Below are positions 59,205 to 64,000 of a stretch of 64,000 nucleotides of DNA, piece by piece (the first letter of the stretch is position 1; each line of letters begins with the position of its first letter). The stretch is taken from NCBI GenBank assembly GCA_965223265.1, contig OZ244999.1:4672001-4736000 (forward strand), in the 5' to 3' direction. The DNA is from Planctomycetota bacterium (GTDB lineage Bacteria > Planctomycetota > UBA8108 > SXIK01). The notes below the pieces were generated by a model, which made no database searches, had not been told where the DNA came from, and saw nothing but the letters and a program-made list of their open reading frames with translations. Position numbers and translations under genes: made by a program.

Positions 59205-62200
59205 TCAACGGCACAATGCCGCCGCCGCACATCCAAGCTCCCCGTCCCCCACCGTGAATCCCGCACCGCAGAGTGGAAACGGCGCTGCTGGAGCCGGGCC
59301 GCTGCGGTAGAGGTAGAGGAGCAGTCGTACCGCGTCGGCGACGCTGAGCGTCCCATCACTGTTGGCATCAGCGGCAGCGGCGCATGGCACGGCGTCGCCG
59401 CTCGAAAAGAGATAGCGTAAGAGAAAGATCACGTCGGACGGGCCGCGGAGCGCGCCGTCGCCATCGACGTCGCCGCGCACGAACGGACCGATAGCGTTTA
59501 CGGCAGTGATGTCGAAACGAAACTCGCTGAGGTCACTCCACTTGCCCGAGTCGAAATCCTGGGCGCCATCACCGCTCTCGAAAGCGGCGACTCGCAGCAT
59601 GGACGACGTAGCGATCTCGATCGCTCCACCCGTGAACACACCGCGCGCCTGAGAAAGACGCGGATCGCTGCCATCTGTTGTGTAGACGGCAGTCCACCCC
59701 TGCGGCACCGACAGCGTCACGTCGACCGGGGCCGCGGCAAACACTCCGCCCGGCGGATCCGCCACGGGGAGCACCTCGCGCCCTGGTAAATTCTCACCGG
59801 CAAGCACTTCAACCATGGAAGCGTGCTGCATCGTCATGACGTTTTTCATCTCAGCCGTCGACTCTCGCATCATGCGGAATCTTGAGTTCTCCGCTTCGCG
59901 ATCAACGGCGAGGCGAGCGAACTCGCTGTCCGCCAGCGCTAAGAGCGATTCCAAGTCGTAGACACCGCCCAAGAGCTCTCGCATCTTCAGCAAATAAATC
60001 CGCCGCAGCGTCGCGTTCCGACTGACGCGGAGGCACAGCTTATTGCGCTGCCAATCCGGGTTGTCGCCGACGCCATCGCCGTAAAGCGCGCGCAGCGCTC
60101 CAACGCGCCCGAACGTCAGACCCGAGTCGAAGTCGTAGGCCAGCTGCTTCCACTTACGCGTCTCTGCATCGCCCTCGGGGTCTCGGTAGAGGTAAAAATT
60201 GTGGCCGCCAAAGTCATCGATGTTGAGAAGGATGTAGAGCGACCAGCGCGTAAAAAACTGATCGAGATCGAAGTTGCGATCGAGCCACGGAAGGAGCTCA
60301 GCGTCGTCGACGTCGTTAAGGACGCGCGTCAGCTCTCGGATGTCATCGGGCGGCTCAAGTGGACGCATCTTCTTGTTCCAAGCGCCCCAAAAATCCAAGT
60401 CTTCAACCAGTTGATTCGTGAAAAGATCAGAGTTCTTCCACTGACTCGACGTCTCGACAGAGCGAGCCTTATAGATCTCGGTGCTTGGTGAAAGACCTCG
60501 GCTCTCTGTCCAGGTGCGATTCGGCGACTCGAACGCAATGTAGACGCCCCAGAACCCTCCATTCATTTGGACTCGCACGAGCTCTGAGCCGAGATTCTCG
60601 ATGCCGGCGCGCTCAAAGACCTGAAAGGCAAAGCGCTGCACGAACGGAATGTTGATCATGGTGTCGAGCGTGCGTTGGCCTTCGAAGAGGCGATCGCGGT
60701 TGAAACGGAACTTCCACTGGTTCTTGGCGTGCGCACGGCTGCGGCGACCGCGGCGGCGCAGGTCGATGTGCGGATAGGCGATGCCGTCAATCGCGACGCT
60801 CGCATCTTGATAATCGAGACGCGGATTCCTCGAGATCGCATCGAGCACGTCTTGTGTCACGAAGAGATGAAACACGCGCAGCTCCGTGTCGATGTCGCTC
60901 TTACCGTGAATCGAGTCATCGTGAAAGTACGCCGCGGTCGGCGACGGGTCGGAATCGTAAGGAAAAACCGTCTCGTTGCCCTCGACGTCGGCGACGCGCA
61001 CGCGGTAGTGAACCAACGTGTGGTTCGGCTGGGGCGGCAAGCGCACGCCAAAGATTCCATCGCCGGCGGCGCTGTCGCCCTGATGGCCATCGTCCACCAT
61101 GTCGACGGTGAAGACTTCCGGTTCGACGCCGAACGAATACTCGAGCGCCGCGGTGTCGAGCGCCGCGGCAGCTGTCACACGCGCCGCAATCGTCACTGCA
61201 TCAGTGGACGACGGCGTCTCGGGCGTGTGGCGGAGATCTTCGACGAGAGGTGGAAGGCCCTGCGCAAGCTGCGAGTTCGCCGCGCTCGGCGTCCCCAAGC
61301 CCGCAGCACCGGCGAGCGGCGGCGCGGGCGGCAGGAAAATCGCCGTTTGTGCCTGGATGCGCAGATCGATCGCGACGAAGTCGGGCGCCCCACCATCCTC
61401 AGGCTCGACGTAGCACTCGATGCTCTCACCTGCAAAGAGAAACGACTCGATCGGGTTGCCGTCGTCCGCCGCGATCGGCGTTGGGCTCGCGGCGCTGACG
61501 CGCGCGTCGCCAGCCACGAGCGTCCCCGACGCCAACACGTGATCGCCTTGCTGCAGACGCCACACCTGATTCGCGTCGCCGCTGGCGCGCGGCAGGTAGG
61601 CTGAGCCGGAAATGGTGACGAGGTTCTCGCCACGCGACGTCCAGCGGACGATCGACGGGCCACGCGTTGCGATCGTACCCGCAGGCAGATCGAGAAGCGG
61701 CGCCGCGCCGCTGCCGCGTAGCCAGCCGACCGCGCCGTCTTCCTCACCGCTGGTCCACGCTGCTTGCGCTGGCCCCAGGTCAGCCGGCGACCAATTCTCC
61801 GTCGGCTCCAGGATCCTCCCGTCGCCGGCAAGCAGAGACCAAGGCCCACGCGGATTGAACTCATCGCTCCAGTTGGATGCAAGACGCATGTCGCGAGGAT
61901 CGATGCCAGCCACGAGCTCGGTGCGTAGCGTGCCGGCCGCGAACCGCAGGGTCAGCCGTGGATCCCCTACAAGATGTTTGACCCAACCTGAAAGGACGTA
62001 CGGCTCACCGAGCTCCAAGTCGTCGACGCTCGGAAACTGCAGAACGTTCGCCGCATTGCCGCGTCGCGTCGCGACAAGGTGCTCGCTGCCGACACCAACC
62101 TTGGCGTCCTCGGTCGTCTGAAAACTGCCGGAGTGGCTGCCGCGTTTCGACCATCCCTCGTCGTCGGTTTCAAAACTGCCGTTCGGGAGAACGTTGTCGC

Positions 62201-63464
62201 CCGTGCCATCTCGACGCAGTTCGAGGCCATCGATCAGCCATTCGGACTCGCCGCCAGCCCAGATGAAGAAACGTCTCGATGTCGGCACCCCGGAAATCGA
62301 AAATCTGAACCAGCCGTCGTCGGCGGTGTTGCCACTTTGCGGTGCGTCGTCAACGTAGACGACCTCAGGCGGAATCGGACGAAACGCAGCGCGACTCGCT
62401 CGCCAGTTGGCCGGCGTGCCGTTGTCGGCGTTCACGTCGAGGCACTCGAGAGAGTCGCCGAACTCATCCGGCGCCATGGGCCATGGGTGGCGATCGTCGT
62501 AGCACAGTGTGTTGACGAGCCTGCCGCTGGAATCCTGCAGCGTGATGCGCTCACCCGCATCGCTCAGCCGACCGGAGAACGGACCGAAGACGCGCTCGAC
62601 AGCGTGGCGCTCCGCCGTGATATCGGGGTGACTGGCGACGGTCGCGAATGCGCCGGGAGCGAGCACGGAGCCGCTCGGGAACTCGTAGCGCACACCGTCA
62701 CTGAGTCGCCAACCCGAGAGATCCACCTCGGCAGCGGAGCGATTGACGAGCTCGAGGTACTCGCCGAACGCGTCGTCACCCTCCTCGACATAGGGCCCAC
62801 CGTTGACGGCATCGAAACGCATGCGCGGCTCGGTCCGTAGAGGCTTGTACATGATCTCGCTGATGACCACGGGACCCGCCACACCCGGCATTGCGGGCGC
62901 GTTCGGAGCACCCGGGCTGTAGGGGTCGCCGAGCCCCCAGCTCGCCGCATCGCTATTGTCGCGAGCGGCGTCGACGAGCTCGAGCGAAACACCACCGCCG
63001 TCGGCTTCCTGCGGCCACGGCGGCGAATCGGTGTATTCGACCTGGTCGATCAGCTCGCCGCTCGCAGCGCGGAGTTCGATCGAGTCACCGCCGTTGGAGA
63101 GCGCGCCGCTGTATTCACCTGCGATCAAGATGTCGCCGTAAAAGTCACCCGCATCGTCCAAATTGCGTACGACGACGGCATAGCCCCCTGCGGCGAGAGT
63201 CGTCCCAAGGGGAAACTCAAAGTCGACAGCGACCGCAAGCGTCCACCCGCTCAGGTCGACGGGAGCTCGGCCGCGGTTGTGAAACTCGATGAACTCGCCG
63301 CCAGAGTTGGTCGGGTCGGCGTTGTAGAGGACTTCAGTGATGACGACGTCGCCTGGAGCCGCGGTGAGCGGCGTGGCGCTCAACCATGCGGCGAGTAGAA
63401 GGACCGGGCAAATGACCGCGACCGGCGACAGAGGTTGAAACTTGAAAACGGCGGACAGCGGCAT
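59205..63464 (-). CDS. secreted lamin-tail x2 / CBM-like / CotH kinase protein with C-terminal dockerin-like domain
   Basis: VVITEVLYN..EFIE..N, VISEIMY.P, NGSFE, RRRGRRSR...KNQWKFRF, NIDD..GHNFYLY, AYDFD, YTTDGSDPR and a PFVRGDVDGDG..C.AAADANSDG tail. Start taken at the ATG at 63464 (uncertain). Confidence 0.85.
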   Translation of the reverse strand: MPLSAVFKFQPLSPVAVICPVLLLAAWLSATPLTAAPGDVVITEVLYNADPTNSGGEFIEFHNRGRAPVDLSGWTLAVAVDFEFPLGTTLAAGGYAVVVRNLDDAGDFYGDILIAGEYSGALSNGGDSIELRAASGELIDQVEYTDSPPWPQEADGGGVSLELVDAARDNSDAASWGLGDPYSPGAPNAPAMPGVAGPVVISEIMYKPLRTEPRMRFDAVNGGPYVEEGDDAFGEYLELVNRSAAEVDLSGWRLSDGVRYEFPSGSVLAPGAFATVASHPDITAERHAVERVFGPFSGRLSDAGERITLQDSSGRLVNTLCYDDRHPWPMAPDEFGDSLECLDVNADNGTPANWRASRAAFRPIPPEVVYVDDAPQSGNTADDGWFRFSISGVPTSRRFFIWAGGESEWLIDGLELRRDGTGDNVLPNGSFETDDEGWSKRGSHSGSFQTTEDAKVGVGSEHLVATRRGNAANVLQFPSVDDLELGEPYVLSGWVKHLVGDPRLTLRFAAGTLRTELVAGIDPRDMRLASNWSDEFNPRGPWSLLAGDGRILEPTENWSPADLGPAQAAWTSGEEDGAVGWLRGSGAAPLLDLPAGTIATRGPSIVRWTSRGENLVTISGSAYLPRASGDANQVWRLQQGDHVLASGTLVAGDARVSAASPTPIAADDGNPIESFLFAGESIECYVEPEDGGAPDFVAIDLRIQAQTAIFLPPAPPLAGAAGLGTPSAANSQLAQGLPPLVEDLRHTPETPSSTDAVTIAARVTAAAALDTAALEYSFGVEPEVFTVDMVDDGHQGDSAAGDGIFGVRLPPQPNHTLVHYRVRVADVEGNETVFPYDSDPSPTAAYFHDDSIHGKSDIDTELRVFHLFVTQDVLDAISRNPRLDYQDASVAIDGIAYPHIDLRRRGRRSRAHAKNQWKFRFNRDRLFEGQRTLDTMINIPFVQRFAFQVFERAGIENLGSELVRVQMNGGFWGVYIAFESPNRTWTESRGLSPSTEIYKARSVETSSQWKNSDLFTNQLVEDLDFWGAWNKKMRPLEPPDDIRELTRVLNDVDDAELLPWLDRNFDLDQFFTRWSLYILLNIDDFGGHNFYLYRDPEGDAETRKWKQLAYDFDSGLTFGRVGALRALYGDGVGDNPDWQRNKLCLRVSRNATLRRIYLLKMRELLGGVYDLESLLALADSEFARLAVDREAENSRFRMMRESTAEMKNVMTMQHASMVEVLAGENLPGREVLPVADPPGGVFAAAPVDVTLSVPQGWTAVYTTDGSDPRLSQARGVFTGGAIEIATSSMLRVAAFESGDGAQDFDSGKWSDLSEFRFDITAVNAIGPFVRGDVDGDGALRGPSDVIFLLRYLFSSGDAVPCAAAADANSDGTLSVADAVRLLLYLYRSGPAPAAPFPLCGAGFTVGDGELGCAAAALCR

Positions 63465-63703
63465 GGGCAGAACGGATTTCCGTTGGGAAAGACAAAGCGT
63501 CACGACGATCGACGCGACTCCCATCATAAGGCGGGTGAGACGGCGACCCAATCGCAATCGAGCCCCGCACGGGGCGGTCGCTCCGGGCGCCTTCAATTCG
63601 CCGCAAAAGTGGGTAAAATCTGAGCCGCAGAAGCCGAGACTCGAGCGGATCCGCAGCCGAGCGCCCCACAGCCGTAACGACACCACCTGAGGACGATGTA
63701 TCC

Positions 63704-64000
63704 ATGGAGCTCCGACCGAATCGATTGAAACGAAAGCTGGCAGCCGGGGAATTAGCGTACGTAGCAGCCGGCATCACGGATCCCGATGATATCGACGCCT
63801 TCGGCCCGATCGATTTCGACGCAGTCTGGCTGGAGGGCGAGCATGGCGCGGTCGACGCCTCGGATCTCGGCGACTTGACGCGCGCCTGCGATATTTGGGG
63901 GATGACCTCGCTGGTCCGAGTCAACCGCAACGATCAGTCGCTGATCTACAGGACGTTCGACCGCGGTGCCCAGGCGGTGATCGTGCCGCACGTCAACACG
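63704..64000 (+). CDS. HpcH/HpaI aldolase family protein (3' truncated by window)
   Basis: My translation: MELRPNRLKRKLAAGE...FDAVWLEGEHG...LVRV...IYRTFDRGAQAVIVPHVNT. Absent from the ORF track because no stop is reached. Confidence 0.85.
   Translation, partial: MELRPNRLKRKLAAGELAYVAAGITDPDDIDAFGPIDFDAVWLEGEHGAVDASDLGDLTRACDIWGMTSLVRVNRNDQSLIYRTFDRGAQAVIVPHVNT

Overview
A 64-kb high-GC bacterial window, very probably from a Planctomycetota genome (DUF1553/DUF1501 pair, a second DUF1501, DUF3500, a sulfatase, and four secreted proteins ending in a Cys-clamped dockerin-like domain). It holds about 40 protein genes: a three-gene pseudopilin cluster, sugar/sulfate-ester catabolic genes, a VIT-vWA plus two-component operon, rlmL-like and ygiQ-like genes, an ABC-2 exporter and two CotH/lamin-tail kinases. 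It also holds tRNA-Pro(CGG), three copies of a hairpin MITE with CTAA/TTAG target duplications, and a truncated Y1/RAYT transposase remnant. The best candidate for new biology is 53917-54888: a signal-peptide-bearing LolA/LppX-like ORF broken by one in-frame UGA in a C-F-G-G-G-(UGA) context. A hairpin fitting the bacterial SECIS model follows it, with the loop starting 21 nt after the UGA, so this is probably an unannotated secreted selenoprotein. Other highlights are a 74-Cys protein of palindromically spaced C-x3-C-x10-C-x9-C-x10-C-x3-C repeats, a non-cellulolytic dockerin-tagged secretome, a tRNA-adjacent islet of three prenyltransferase-fold proteins plus YdjY, and a candidate ~210-nt structured RNA at 33450-33665. 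All assignments are by-eye motif recognition; no database search was run.
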